This document shows, piece after piece, positions 11,383 through 24,739 of a stretch of DNA of 46,338 nucleotides (positions within the stretch are counted from its first letter, which is position 1; every line of letters starts with the position of its first letter). The notes under the pieces were generated by a model, which was not told where the DNA came from, made no database searches, and saw nothing but the letters and a program-made list of their open reading frames with translations. The stretch is from Octopus bimaculoides (lineage: Eukaryota), in the NCBI RefSeq assembly GCF_001194135.2, contig NC_069004.1:22950699-22997036 (forward strand), written 5' to 3'. A program made the translations under genes and the position numbers.

Positions 11383-11849
11383 GTAAGTATATCAGATTGG
11401 GAAAATGTATTGTTCTTCTTGTTATAGAGAAAGATTGCAGTTCTTAAATGCCTTAATGATTGCATAAACATACATTTCGATACATACATGCACAAACATT
11501 TATACACACTCACACACACACTCATACATACATATGTGCACACAGATATACAACCAACCACCTGTATGATGAGCTGTTGATTAATCAAAATATCACTTCT
11601 CGTTTATTCATTTCGTTGCCTGATGAGTTGAAAGTTGTATAAATATATTTCATCATTTTATGGATGTGCATACTGCCATACATCACTGTGCTATGCTTAT
11701 GTCACAATAAAGATTCTTAACGAAACAAATGTTTAATAGCAATACCAAATAACCCATTCATCATCTGTTTTTATTATATATATAATACAGTATAGTATCG
11801 ACCAGATCATTAGATGCTGTGTTGTACACCACTGGTCACAATGCACTTA

Positions 11850-12375
11850 CAATTCTGTCTTGATTGCACCATTCTCTTCCATCTTGACACAAACTACTTA
11901 ACTAAATCATCTTCCCATCATGATGGAGGTCTTCCAAGGGGCTTTTTCCAGTCTCTTGGATACCACTCAGCAGCTGCATGGATCCACCTGTTGAACCTTG
12001 TGACATGTCTGACCCAGTGGAACTTGTGCTTTCAGTACTCTGTGATCACATTGTTCACTCTGTTTCATTCTTGAATTATCACATTTTGAAGGATCTTCTA
12101 AGCACTGATCTTTCCATGGCTCTGTGTGTCATAGCCAACAAATATTCTATCCTCTTTGCAGTAGCCCATGTCTCACTTGCCTATAAGAGGATGGCTCTAT
12201 TGAAGAGTCTGGTACATATGGCATTGTCTATCTTTGTTTGGAGCACATCCTTTATTCAGTTAAACACCTTCTGTCCTACCTTTATTTTCTTTGAGATTAC
12301 AGCATCCATATCTCAGCACATGTTCATTGTGTGCCCTAAATAAACGCATTCCTTTACCTCCTTGATATCATTACT
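11850..12375 (-). mobile_element. RTE-clade LINE C-terminal fragment, decayed
   Basis: Minus strand reads EVKECVYLG...ASETWATAK...THRAMERS...FHWVRHVTR...EWYPRDWKKPLGRPPS*WEDD, the RTE post-RT signature. Confidence 0.8.
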
Positions 12376-12651
12376 TCTCACCTCTATTCAGCATTGTGCT
12401 ATGTCTTCATATATATGTATATATATATATTATATGTGCGCACACACACACACACACACACGCACACACACATAATGATTTATATGTACCAAATAAATGG
12501 CACAAGAAAAATAATTGAAAAGTATTAATTGAAATGGCCCTTACCTGTGAAAGTTGACTCCCCTAAATTTCTAAATGCAAAAGTCAAGAACAATAGGAAA
12601 GGAAGTGGTAGAAAAATGTAGATTCAGTTCTGAGTCCTGGCTATATATATA

Positions 12652-12693
<42 letters not shown>

Positions 12694-13020
12694 NNNNNNN
12701 NNNNNNNNNNNNNNNNNNNNNNNNNNNNNNNNNNNNNNNNNNNNNNNNNNNNNNNNNNNNNNNNNNNNNNNNNNNNNNNNNNNNNNNNNNNNNNNNNNNN
12801 NNNNNNNNNNNNNNNNNNNNNNNNNNNNNNNNNNNNNNNNNNNNNNNNNNNNNNNNNNNNNNNNNNNNNNNNNNNNNNNNNNNNNNNNNNNNNNNNNNNN
12901 NNNNNNNNNNNNNNNNNNNNNNNNNNNNNNNNNNNNNNNNNNNNNNNNNNNNNNNNNNNNNNNNNNNNNNNNNNNNNNNNNNNNNNNNNNNNNNNNNNNN
13001 NNNNNNNNNNNNNNNNNNNN
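12694..13020. other. Assembly gap (N run)
   Basis: Direct; flanked by (TA)n. Other gaps: 17692-18267, 19163-19749, 37460-37848, 39556-40399, 44810-44984. Confidence 1.
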
Positions 13021-13151
13021 AATATAATATAATATAATATAATATAATATAATATAATAATTTATTGTGCTTTTAATTGTTAATTTTTCTATATGTGATA
13101 GTGGATTTTCATCGATGAGTTCTTGAAACTTGGTTATTTTCCCTAAAACTA

Positions 13152-13191
<40 letters not shown>

Positions 13192-13199
13192 CAAAAAGG

Positions 13200-13472
13200 G
13201 TAAAGACCCCCTTCAGTCATGAATGACCATGAGATTGCTCCTAGAAAGTTCCCTCCAAGACACACAAGTCCAGGTAAGATTGTTTGTGGAAGACTAGCAA
13301 TCACTCATGGTCACCAGTGACACCATAACTCATTTCTATAGCTGAGTGAACAGGAGCAGCATGAAATAAAGTGTCTTGCTCAAGAATACAACACACAGCC
13401 CAGTCTGAGAATCGAACTGACCACCTCATGATTGTGAGCCTGACACTCTAATCACTGAGCCACATGCCTTCA
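13200..13472 (-). mobile_element. tRNA-derived SINE (family D)
   Basis: Minus strand begins gtgaaggcatgTGGCTCAGTGAttagagtgtcaggctcacaatcatgaggtggtcaGTTCGATTCtcag (A and B boxes), followed by a non-tRNA body. Confidence 0.8.
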
Positions 13473-13546
13473 CACACACACACACACACACACACATGAT
13501 CAATATAGTCAATATTTTTGTCATTTTGTTCATTTCTTCTTTAAAG

Positions 13547-13688
13547 ACATTGATGAATGTTCAGAAAATCCTGGAATCTGCCGTAACTATGATGCCATAT
13601 GTGTCAATACTCGTGGCAGTCATAAATGCCCTGTTGTGCAATGTCCTAGTTCCTACAAGAAATCAGCCTATGGTAACCCTGGTAATAG
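13547..13688 (+). CDS. FBLN1-like: Fibulin-1/2-like gene, last EGF exon leading into the C-terminal module
   Basis: Acceptor ttctttaaAG; DIDECSENPGICRNYDAICVNTRGSHKCPVVQCPSSYKKSAYGNPGN plus AG; 142 nt, phase 1-2; donor GTAAGC at 13689. The CxxxxCPxxY transition is typical of the last fibulin EGF. Confidence 0.94.
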
Positions 13689-13993
13689 GTAAGCGTCTTC
13701 ATTTATTTCCTTAACTCACCTGTTGAAGTTAATGAGACCCTTTGTCATTGTGGGCACACAAATAAATAAGTACAACCACATGAGTTCCCATTCATTACAT
13801 ATGCACATACATAAACACACACACACACACAGAAAAATACACAAACCCATCACACACACACATAAATGTACACTCATAAACATGCGAACATACACACACA
13901 TTGCATTCAATTAAATAAAAAGGGTTTGTAACACTTGGTCATATGTTTTGCTCTGTATACATAGCATACAGTGTTGGTGATATAGTTTGATAC

Positions 13994-14191
13994 TTAACCC
14001 AGCCATATCCTATCCATTTTACGTTCTAACCAACCAGATCCAACCTATCACACTTACCCTTCAATGCCAATATAAAATATACAATCACATCATCAAAATT
14101 TCAAAGCTACAAAATGATGCATGATTAATTAAAAACAATTTGAATGAAAAGCATTACATTTGATTGAATAATCTGAGTGCTAAAGGCTTAA
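13994..14191. mobile_element. TTAA-flanked MITE, decayed copy
   Basis: ttaaccc...agtgctaaaggcttaa; body matches 16602-16790. Confidence 0.65.
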
Positions 14192-14884
14192 TATATAATG
14201 CCAAATTTGAAAATATAGTTTAATAGATAACACAGTGTTGGTAATGTAGTTTTAAAATATATATATACACACACACTATTGGTTTGTAATGGTTGTTGTT
14301 ATGGCGGTGGTGGTGGTGGTGGTGGTGGTGGTGGTGGTGGTGATCGTGATGATGATGATGATTATAATGGTTTGGTAGTAATGGTAATAATAGTGCAGGT
14401 GGTACTGGTGGTGGTAATGTTTGTTACTGTGGTGGTGGTGGTGATGGAGATTTTGGTCATGGTGTGACTCTAATTAAAGACCTACAGAAAGAATACCTCA
14501 ACAGTAACTGTGTCAGTCCTGATGAAATTCTACTGCCATAAATTTGGTAACAGTGGCTTTGAATCAAAAACCCACAAAGTTCCCTTCCCCTTCTTCCACC
14601 CACCTGCTGTCTTCTCTCTCTCTCTTTCTCTCTCACTTCCCACCCACCCATTGCTCTGCCTTCTCTGATTCCCTCCCCCAAATCTTATCCCCTTTCTACT
14701 TCCTATATGTTTTCCTTTCTTTTGTCCCTTTGTATAAACTCAAGAACTGTGTCACATTCACATATTTTAGGCCAACCACCAGCAGGGTCAAAGCACAGGG
14801 TCATCCTATATACACACTCATTTGCACATATATTCATGTTTACTTTCACATACAAAAAAATATCTATGTAAAAAAATCTAATCC

Positions 14885-15480
14885 TTTTGGGTGCAAGCCT
14901 GTTGTGTGGTAAGAAGTTTGCTTCCCAACCACATGGTTCCAGGTTCAGTCTCACTGCATGGCACCTTGGGTAAGTGTCTTCTACTATAGCCTTGGGCTGA
15001 CCAAAGTCTTGTGAGTAGATTTGGTAGATGGAAAGTGAAAAAAGCTTGTCGTCTCTATATACATACATGTGTGTGTGTGTGTCTTTGTGTTTGTCCCCAT
15101 CCCCTCCGCTTGACAACCAGTGTTGGTGTGTTTATGTCCCTGTAACTTAGCAGTTCAGCAAAAAAGACAGAAAGGCTTAACAAAAAATAGTAAGTAGTGA
15201 GGTTGATTAATTCGACAAAAAATTCTTCAAGGCAGTGCCCCAGCATGGCCGCAATCTAATGACAGAAATATATAAAAGATAAAAGCTGGTGTTGGTGTGT
15301 TTATGTCCCCGTAACTTAGTGGTTTAGCAAAAGAGACTGAAACAATAAGTATTAGGCTTCACAAAAAATTAATAAGTCGTAGGGTTGATTAGTTCAACAA
15401 AAAATTCTTCAAAGCAGTGCCCCAGCATGGCCGTAGTCTAATGACTGAAACAAGTAAAAGATAAAAGATACAAGATAATA
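14885..15480 (+). mobile_element. SINE family A with tandemly repeated 3' body
   Basis: Head tgtgtggtaagaagtttgcttcccaaccacatggttccaggttcagtc; the segment gtgttggtgtgtttatgtccc...gcatggccg occurs at about 15120 and again at about 15290. Confidence 0.8.
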
Positions 15481-15839
15481 TAGTATTTGCAATTAAAGTT
15501 TTTCCGTTCAGTTTTATTCCATGAACTGTATAATAATGTGTTGCCATGCCTCCACTAAGAAGATAGTTTCTGATGTCTCTGATGTAAAAAAAATGATAAT
15601 TTTATCAGTTATCACAGTATTCCCATGATCCTCTGTGGTGTACAACAAACAGCATTAATGATACACCATTATTATCATCTCATCCTGATGATGCAACTGA
15701 GAAGGTCTTGAAGCATTAATGAACTAAGGAATGCCATTGTTCCAAACTAAACATAAAAAAAAACAATAAAGAAATATATAAAAATACCCTAACAAAAAAA
15801 GATTAAAACCCACAAACACAGGAAGAAATGTTGTTTCTT

Positions 15840-16250
15840 GTATACACACACACACACACACCCATACACATACTCACACAGATATACACACACATGTGTA
15901 TATCCTTATCCTAGAATGTTGTTATAGTAAGCCAAAACTAGAAAATAAATCTATGCCAAATACAGACAATGGATAGTTATATACATCAGCAGAAAAGTTA
16001 GTGAAATTAAGAAGGAAATAATAACACTGTGTGTGTGTGCGTGCGTGTGTGTGTGCGTGCGTGTGTGTCTGCCTGTTTTTATGTGCGCATATACACACAC
16101 ACAGACACACACATATATGTATACATATACATATATATACATGCATATATATGTATGAACACACACACACATATATCTATATTTGTATGTATGTATGCAT
16201 GCATGTATGTATGTATGCATGCATGTATGTATGTATGCATGCATGCCATA
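15840..16250. repeat. Compound CA/TG/TATG microsatellite region
   Basis: Direct; produces the spurious C/V/H/T-rich ORFs. Confidence 0.9.
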
Positions 16251-16601
16251 ATTATTTAGCCAATGTCAGCTATGTAGTTAAACAAAATATTATTTTCTTC
16301 AATAACAGTTTACTTAAACATGACAGTTTTTTTTTTATAGTCTTTTTCATTTTGATTTTAAATGTCATTCCACATTGAGGAATTTATCCTCAATTAAAAG
16401 TACATTTGAATAGAAATCATAATGATGTGATATAACTAGTTTACTCATTGTTGTGATACTAAAACCTGTTATATTTACTTTTGTTTTTTAGACCATAGTT
16501 TTGAAGCATTGAGAAATTAGAAAATCAGTCTTTTTACAAAGTTATTCAAGTACAAACGAACCTAGAAATAATAGCTCATAATATATAGGTTAGAATTCCC
16601 C

Positions 16602-17238
16602 TTAACCCTTTAGCATTTAAATCGACCATATCCAGCCCAAATATTCTACCTGTTTTATACTTAAACCAACCAGATCCAGCCTCTCATATCTACCCTACAA
16701 TGTCATTCTAAAAATAAACAATCACATCATCGAAATCTCAAAGTTATGAGATAATGTATGATTAATTCAAAACAATGTGAATAAATAAACTCTTTACTCT
16801 TTTACTTATTTCGGTCATTTGACTGTGGTCATGCTGGAGCACCGCCTTTAGTCAAGCAAATCGACCCCAGGACTTATTCTTTGTAAGCCTAGTACTTATT
16901 CTATCGGTCTCTTTTGCCGAATCACTAAGTTACGGAGACGTAAACACACCAGCATCAGTTGTCAAGCGATGTTGGGTGGGGGGACAAACACAGACACACA
17001 AACATATACACACACATACATATATACATATGCATATATACAACGGGCTTCTTTCAGTTTCCGTCTACCAAATCCACTCACAAGGCTTTGGTCGGCCCAA
17101 GGCTATAGTAGAAGACACTAGCCCAAGGTGCCACGCAGTGGGACTGAACCTGGAACCATGTGGTTTGTAAGCAAGCTACTTACCACACACCCACTCCTAC
17201 ATTACATTAGACAGAATGATTTGAATGCTAAGGGGATA
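16602..17238. mobile_element. TTAA-CCC MITE interrupted by a SINE family A insertion
   Basis: Left end TTAA-CCCTTTAGCATT at 16602, decayed right end aatgctaagggg near 17235; the body is broken by the SINE at 16789-17200. Confidence 0.7.
16789..17200 (-). mobile_element. SINE family A, well-preserved copy
   Basis: Minus strand head ggagtgggtgtgtggtaagtagcttgcttacaaaccacatgGTTCCAGGTTCAGTCCC and tail ending in aagtaaaagagtaaagag repeats; more than 10 related copies in the window. Confidence 0.88.
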
Positions 17239-18639
17239 AATGGCAAGAAGTGGACAAAATCAACCCATGGGAATTAAACTATGCATCTGCAATAGACCAG
17301 GCAGTTATAATATCATGATACCAGAGAGTCGAGTCAAATTTTAACCATAAAATTTGGAGCTTTACACTTGCCAGCAAGAATTATTTTTATCCCATATCTA
17401 AGGAGATTGTGCCCCAATATTATGACCTCTATTTATGGCTATATTTGTATTTGAGGAATTTCATGAAAAAACATATTTCGTTATATTTATATATATTTCA
17501 TTTTTGCATATATTATTATCATGACAATGGCAATGATGATGGTGCTAGTAATGATGACGATGGTGGTGGTGGTGGTGGTGGTGGTGGTAGTTATATAAAT
17601 GCTAATTTACAATAACACTAGAAATTGAGGGAGGGAAGCCATTAATTGTATTGACCCCAGTATTTGACTGGTACTCAATTTTTATTGACCCNNNNNNNNN
17701 NNNNNNNNNNNNNNNNNNNNNNNNNNNNNNNNNNNNNNNNNNNNNNNNNNNNNNNNNNNNNNNNNNNNNNNNNNNNNNNNNNNNNNNNNNNNNNNNNNNN
17801 NNNNNNNNNNNNNNNNNNNNNNNNNNNNNNNNNNNNNNNNNNNNNNNNNNNNNNNNNNNNNNNNNNNNNNNNNNNNNNNNNNNNNNNNNNNNNNNNNNNN
17901 NNNNNNNNNNNNNNNNNNNNNNNNNNNNNNNNNNNNNNNNNNNNNNNNNNNNNNNNNNNNNNNNNNNNNNNNNNNNNNNNNNNNNNNNNNNNNNNNNNNN
18001 NNNNNNNNNNNNNNNNNNNNNNNNNNNNNNNNNNNNNNNNNNNNNNNNNNNNNNNNNNNNNNNNNNNNNNNNNNNNNNNNNNNNNNNNNNNNNNNNNNNN
18101 NNNNNNNNNNNNNNNNNNNNNNNNNNNNNNNNNNNNNNNNNNNNNNNNNNNNNNNNNNNNNNNNNNNNNNNNNNNNNNNNNNNNNNNNNNNNNNNNNNNN
18201 NNNNNNNNNNNNNNNNNNNNNNNNNNNNNNNNNNNNNNNNNNNNNNNNNNNNNNNNNNNNNNNNNNNCCCTGGAGATATGAAAGGCAAAGCTGACACTTG
18301 CAAATGGATGTAACCAAATCCTTGTCCTTTTTTCTCCTCCTCCTCCTCCTCCTCATCATCATTATGTCTGCTTTTTCCAATCTAGCATGGGTTGGATGAG
18401 ATTTCTACAGATTTCTACAGCTGGATGTTCTTCCTGGTAACAGCTCTTACTTGTTTTCAAGCAAGATACCTTACTGCACCGGTCTTTGCACAGAAAAGTG
18501 TTGATCTGTGGGACATAAGCAAATATTACCACTGCCCTACTGATGTCAATGTCAAGACAGAGACACACGCGTACACACACACACACACACACATTATTCA
18601 AGACAGTTTTATTCAGCTTCCTGCAGCTTAAATTTCATA

Positions 18640-18742
18640 GGCCTCTAACAGAAGCCTGTCTTTTTCAAGTTTTAGATTTACAAATCTGGATTACCAATTC
18701 AGTAATCTAAAGCCTGAAAGAGCAGTGCTTCTGTTAGAGGCC
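18640..18742. repeat. Short inverted repeat (16 bp perfect arms), possible MITE relic
   Basis: ggcctctaacagaagc (18640-18655) and gcttctgttagaggcc (18727-18742). Confidence 0.55.
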
Positions 18743-18864
18743 CACAAAACTTTAAGTCATATGGAACTAAAATTGTTTTAAATAATACATGTAATCCTAC
18801 TAAATGGGTTGGGTGCCCTTTTCTTTTGTATGCCCACTTATTTGTGTGTATATATATATATGTA

Positions 18865-19130
18865 TCATCGTTTAACGTCCGCTTTCCATGCTACCACGGG
18901 TTGGATGATTTGACTGAGCACTGGTGAACCAGATGGCTACACCAGGCTCCAATCTGATCTGGCAGAGTTTCTACAGCTGGATGCCCTTCCTAACGCCAAC
19001 CACTCCAAGAGTGTAGTGGGTGCTTTTACGTGCCACTGGCACAAGGGCCAGTCATGCGGTACTGGCAACGGCCACACTCAAAACGGTGTTTTTAACATGC
19101 CACCTGCACAGGAGCCAGTCCAGCGGCACT
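18865..19130 (-). mobile_element. RTE LINE 3' UTR fragment (or RTE-tailed SINE)
   Basis: catcgtttaacgtccgctttccatgc...ggatgcccttcctaacgcc...gcttttacgtgccac is the reverse complement of the 3' UTR at about 42400-42730; a shorter relic lies at about 18355-18500. Confidence 0.75.
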
Positions 19131-19749
19131 GATATATATATATTTATGTATGTGTGTGTATANNNNNNNNNNNNNNNNNNNNNNNNNNNNNNNNNNNNNN
19201 NNNNNNNNNNNNNNNNNNNNNNNNNNNNNNNNNNNNNNNNNNNNNNNNNNNNNNNNNNNNNNNNNNNNNNNNNNNNNNNNNNNNNNNNNNNNNNNNNNNN
19301 NNNNNNNNNNNNNNNNNNNNNNNNNNNNNNNNNNNNNNNNNNNNNNNNNNNNNNNNNNNNNNNNNNNNNNNNNNNNNNNNNNNNNNNNNNNNNNNNNNNN
19401 NNNNNNNNNNNNNNNNNNNNNNNNNNNNNNNNNNNNNNNNNNNNNNNNNNNNNNNNNNNNNNNNNNNNNNNNNNNNNNNNNNNNNNNNNNNNNNNNNNNN
19501 NNNNNNNNNNNNNNNNNNNNNNNNNNNNNNNNNNNNNNNNNNNNNNNNNNNNNNNNNNNNNNNNNNNNNNNNNNNNNNNNNNNNNNNNNNNNNNNNNNNN
19601 NNNNNNNNNNNNNNNNNNNNNNNNNNNNNNNNNNNNNNNNNNNNNNNNNNNNNNNNNNNNNNNNNNNNNNNNNNNNNNNNNNNNNNNNNNNNNNNNNNNN
19701 NNNNNNNNNNNNNNNNNNNNNNNNNNNNNNNNNNNNNNNNNNNNNNNNN

Positions 19750-19802
<53 letters not shown>

Positions 19803-20669
19803 TGTGATTGTTCCCTACCATTACCACTTGACAAACAGTGCTGGTTTGTTTACGTCCCTGTAACTTAGCAGTTTGGCAAAAAAGACTGATAGAATAAGTG
19901 TCAGGCTTTACAAAAATAAGTACTGGAGTCAATCTATTCAAGTAGACCCTTCAAGGCAGTGCTGTCGCATGGCCACAGTCCAATGACTGAAGCAAGTAAA
20001 AGATAGACGATTTAGTTGGAAGGAGTAGGGCAGAGCCTGATATCATTTTTGAGGGCCTCTGAAACTGGTGAAAGGAAGTTACTCTTAGACTTGGGATAAA
20101 GGTTGGAATATTTGCAAAAGAGTGAACTGTGCATCCAAGGATGAGGGAGTGAAGTGATAGGCCTAACAATGGGTAGAGTCAAATACTTAATAATAACAAT
20201 GGTCTCTCTGAAAGGCTGCTCCTGTTACTGTCTACCCGATTTCACTTATAAGAATTTAGATGACTGAAGGTTTATATTAGAAGACATCTGAGAAGGTGCT
20301 GTGCTGTGGGATTGAATTCAAGAAACATGAAGTGGCAGAATAAACTACTTAACCATACAGCCATGTTTCTAACTGAAAATCAAAAGAACATTGCACAAGG
20401 TGGCACACATCAGGATTGAACTTGAACCCATGGTGTTTGTGAAGCAAACTTCTTAACCACACAGCCATAGCTACATCCATACTAACTTGGCTTCAATGAA
20501 GAACTGAAGCAGTAGATCATTATTATTATTGTTCAAACACCATCATGTTCAACTTTACCTTTCATCCTTTTGGGGTTGATACCAGTCAGCTATTAGGGTC
20601 AATTTTGTTGACTATCCCTCCTCCAAATTTCAGTTTTTGTACCTTTGCCAGAAGCCCAATATTATTATT

Positions 20670-21745
20670 GCAAGTAATCAAATCCATTCTAAAAGAAATT
20701 TGTGCAATGACAGGAGCAAAGATAAATCCAGACAAGTCAGTGGGCTTGCTGCTTGGCACATGGAGAGGTACATCTATGTCATTGAAGAGCATAGCAAGTC
20801 CCTGGACAGATGGACCAGTTAAACTGCTTCCTCGGGCTCTAGTTGGGTCTGGACTTCCAGATGGACAGAAACTGTGACAAGGTTGCTAGCAGAGTGACCA
20901 GCTCCACCTGGAAATGGATTGAGAGGAAACTATCTCTGAAAGATCTAGTATAAATGGCAAATGCCTACATTACCTCCATCATAACTTACCAGCAACTGAC
21001 TGTTGTGTCTTGTTCTGGTCCTTTTTTGACCAGAGTGAAGAGTCTGCTTTTCTGCTTCCTGTGGAAAGGACATGTTCCACTGGTCAGGAAGTCCATCTGT
21101 TGCAGCACCTTCTGGAAGTCAGACTTGGCATGCCATGACTGCTAATGCACGGGCATGTAACGAGACTGCTCCACCTGCAGATTTTCTTGGATGTTGAGCA
21201 GGTGTGACCCCTATTTGTAAGACACAATTTGCTGCCTCTCTTCTCCAGGGTTGCAGTCTTGAGTCAAGAAAAGTTCAAGATTGGGTGCCTTCACCATCCT
21301 CTATCAGCTGGACAGTCTGCACAATGGAAGTTCTGTGTTAGCAATATATAGAAATCTAGCTGTGGGTAAGGGCAATGACATTTTGGGAGCAAACTCTAGG
21401 CATCAATAAGGACAAATTAGCTGAACTGTTTCAAAAGACTTTTAAGCTGACATGATTTCCAGGAATCTTTAACCAAGGAGTAGTACTAAGGGACACTATC
21501 AGTTTGAGAAGAGAACAGGAAAAGAAGTGCTGCTAAGTGGAACTGTAAGCACTCATACAATGTCTGAGCATTGTCTGAGCATTGTCTGAGCATTGTCTTG
21601 TGGAGTTCTGTCAAGCACTTGTTGCCATAGGTAGGATGAATCCACCTACTGACCAATTCTATCTTGTGGATTGCTTCACCTCCTGCCTTTAAAAAGGGAG
21701 CCAGATGGTGTTCCTCTATTTAGTGGCAAAAGGATTTGTGTGATG
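20670..21745 (+). mobile_element. L1/Tx1-clade LINE ORF2 fragment, decayed
   Basis: GAKINPDKSVGLLLGTWR, YITSIITY, LLFCFLWKGHVPLVRKSICC and LGMP-like motifs typical of the L1/Tx1 post-RT region; multiple stops and frameshifts. Confidence 0.72.
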
Positions 21746-22329
21746 TTGAAGTAGAGCTTTTGATATCATTGATCTGAAGTTGTGGTTATTGCTGTTTAAC
21801 CCAGGGACAGCCTTAATCCAGTAGACCTGTGATCGAGGTCAGTCAAGCTGTGATCATCCAGGTGAGACTAAGTATGTGGTCATCAAAGTGAAACTAAGTA
21901 TGGTATACTTATTAGATTTGAGACTATAAGGTATGATGAAACGTGTGAGCCCCTGAATGAGAGGGCTGTATATATGATTACCAGCTCAGGCATGATGTGT
22001 GACTGCCAGGTGAGACCAGGTGTATGGTTACTAAATGAGATCAGGTGTGCAATCACTAATAAAATATTGGAAGGTTAAATTTGTTTATTGTTTAATACAA
22101 TTGACTTTAACACTTTCAGTGGAACTGAATCAGAAACCTATTAGACAAAAATGAAGCACTATAAAGCATTTAGGATGGTGCTTTTCCCTATTCAGAAATA
22201 AAAGCCATATCAATGTTATAAGAGAATTTACCCAACTTGAGAGTTTCCTGTGGATGAATAATTCCCTTTTTCAAATGAAATTTTAAAATGTTTTAAAGGT
22301 TGTTTTGCTTATAACTATAATAATAATAG

Positions 22330-22539
22330 TAGTTCTCTCTACTATAGGCACAAGGCCTGAAACTTTGTGGCAGGGGGTTTGTTGATTACAGTGTGCAACT
22401 GGTACTTATTTTATTGACCCCAAAAGGACGAAAGGCAAAGTCGACCTCATCAGAATTTGAACTCAGAAACTAAAGATGGATGAAATGTCGTAAAGCATTT
22501 TGCCCAGTGTGCCAATGATTCTGCCGGCTCACTGCCTTA

Positions 22540-22586
<47 letters not shown>

Positions 22587-22784
22587 TTTCAAATTTTGCC
22601 ACAAGGCCAGCCATTTTTAGGAGAGGGGATAAGTCGATTACATTGAACCCAGTGTTTCACTGGTACTTAATTTATCGACGCCAAAAAGATGAAAGGCAAA
22701 GTCAACCTCAGAACATAGTGACAGGCGAAATACCACTAAGCATTTTGCCCAGTGTGCAAACAATTCTGCTAGCTCGCCACCTTA

Positions 22785-22847
<63 letters not shown>

Positions 22848-23250
22848 AATCTTTTCTACTCTTGGCACAAGATCCAAAATTTTCGGGGAGTGGGGGCTAG
22901 TTGATTAAATTGACCCCACTATGCAACTGGTACTTAATTTATCGACCCCAAAAGGATGAAAGGTAAAGTTGACCATGGCAATATTTGAACCCAGAACGTA
23001 AAGGCAGATGAAATGCCATTAAGCATCTTGTCCAGCATGTTAACAATTCTGCTAGCTTGCAGCCTTAAATAATAATGATAATAATAATAAAATTAATAAT
23101 AATAATAATAATAATCCTTTCTACTAAAGGCACATGGGCTGAAATTTAGGGGAGGGGGAGAGCAAATCAATTATATGAACCCCAGTACTTGACTGATATT
23201 TATTTTACCAAACCCAAAAAGATGAAAGACAAAATTAACCTCTGTGAAAT
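22330..23250 (-). mobile_element. Chain of four SINE family B copies separated by (AAT)n arrays
   Basis: Copies at about 22330-22540, 22585-22785, 22850-23066 and 23115-23250; AAT runs at 22541-22584, 22786-22850 and 23067-23114. Confidence 0.85.
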
Positions 23251-23294
23251 TCAAGGTTGACTCTTTTTCCATATTTTCAGAAACTTATTTTCTC

Positions 23295-23334
<40 letters not shown>

Positions 23335-23335
23335 G

Positions 23336-23372
<37 letters not shown>

Positions 23373-23829
23373 ATATGATATCGCCACAATGTGTTGATGA
23401 GAAAAGCATGTAAAGTTTCTAGAGATAATATAATATAGATTTCCATTGTAATATGTGATTGTTTATAATTAATTAATAATATTATGAGGGGTTTTCTTCC
23501 TTTGACGGACCTTTATTTAAGGAGGAATTTATTTAACGAGTTATTTGAGGAGAAATTTGAATATGAACTGGACTTAGAGACGATGTTTTTGGTGTTTACT
23601 TTTTGTTCGTTACCGTTTACCCTGAAGATGTGTAAGGTAAATTATATATTTGACTTGAATTTGACAGTTAAATTTAGCCTTATACAGAAATGTTGACATA
23701 GGAATAAATTTCAATAATAATGGATATCAGCGTCAAAATTCTCTTTTAAATTTTAAATTTGATATATATATATATATATATATATATCTTTACATCTTAA
23801 CAGATGGTTTAGGCAGTGGAGAATGTCTT

Positions 23830-24075
23830 AATTAGGTTCTCATAGTCTTCTTCTTGCAGCTTCTCTCATGGCTGATCCTTCCTACGTTTGATGAGCAAGT
23901 TCTGCTGCAAAATCTGCATGCAAGGAAGGTGCTGCACTTCTGCAGTGTGTTGTCTTTCTTTCTTTGGTGTTTTGCTTCAAGGACCAGGATGTTTTCTTCC
24001 TCAACTTGTTTCATTCCTTTGTTCGCTAAGGTTGTCTATGCTGTTCTGAACTCAGCTAACTTATCCTAAGTCTTA
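23830..24075 (-). mobile_element. RTE-like LINE C-terminal fragment
   Basis: LACRFCSRTCSSNVGRISHERSC matches the terminal CxxCxRxCxSxxGxxSHxRxC zinc-finger-like motif of RTE/BovB-type ORFs. Confidence 0.65.
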
Positions 24076-24433
24076 TAAGCTTAATGATAACATTAGGAAC
24101 ATAATGATAGGTTTAAAATTTGATGGAAGGGGTCAGTAAATCAAATTGACCCCCAGTAATTGGCAGACACTTTTTGACTCTTAAAGGATGAAAGGCACCG
24201 ATGACCTTGGTAGGATTCAGACCCATAACACAGAGAACCGATAGAAATGACACAAACCATTCTGTTTAGCAAAATAATTTCTTTTATTAACCATAAGGGT
24301 CCAAGACTTTGGGTTAGTATGATGACAAAACAGAGAAACAGCTGGGGTTTTAGATTAAGCAAAATGAAGGAGAAATCAACAGAACCAATGACCAGCAATT
24401 AAATGTCAACAGGGAGAGAGGGACCATCTTGGA

Positions 24434-24697
24434 CAGTGGTTCTCAACCATTCTTTTTGCCTGTGGACCCCTTTGATTCCTATCTTACTCAGATGGACCCT
24501 CCCAGTCATTCAATGTTTAAAAAATCCTATTATATTTTTATAATTAAATATTATTGGGAATTGTATAAAAATGATTAAAATATTTGAAATATTTTGTGTC
24601 ATAGATATATAACCAATTTACTGGAAATAAATTTTAGCAACAAAATCTTATATATGAGACTTCCAAGGGTCATATGGACCCTGGTTGAGAATTACTG
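24434..24697. mobile_element. hAT-type MITE
   Basis: Ends CAGTGGTTCTCAACC and GGTTGAGAATTACTG; flanks atcttgga / atcaagga (6 of 8 match, decayed 8 bp TSD). Confidence 0.75.
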
Positions 24698-24739
24698 ATC
24701 AAGGATAATTCAGAGTAATAAACTAATTGTGGTTTCAAA

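Noticed and set aside
13390-13472. tRNA-like sequence with A and B boxes (minus strand)
   Set aside because: No complete cloverleaf or acceptor stem and it runs into a SINE body; called a SINE head, not a tRNA gene.
23484-23696. 70 aa ORF in unique-looking sequence within the long intron
   Set aside because: No recognisable domain, no convincing splice sites in the required phase.
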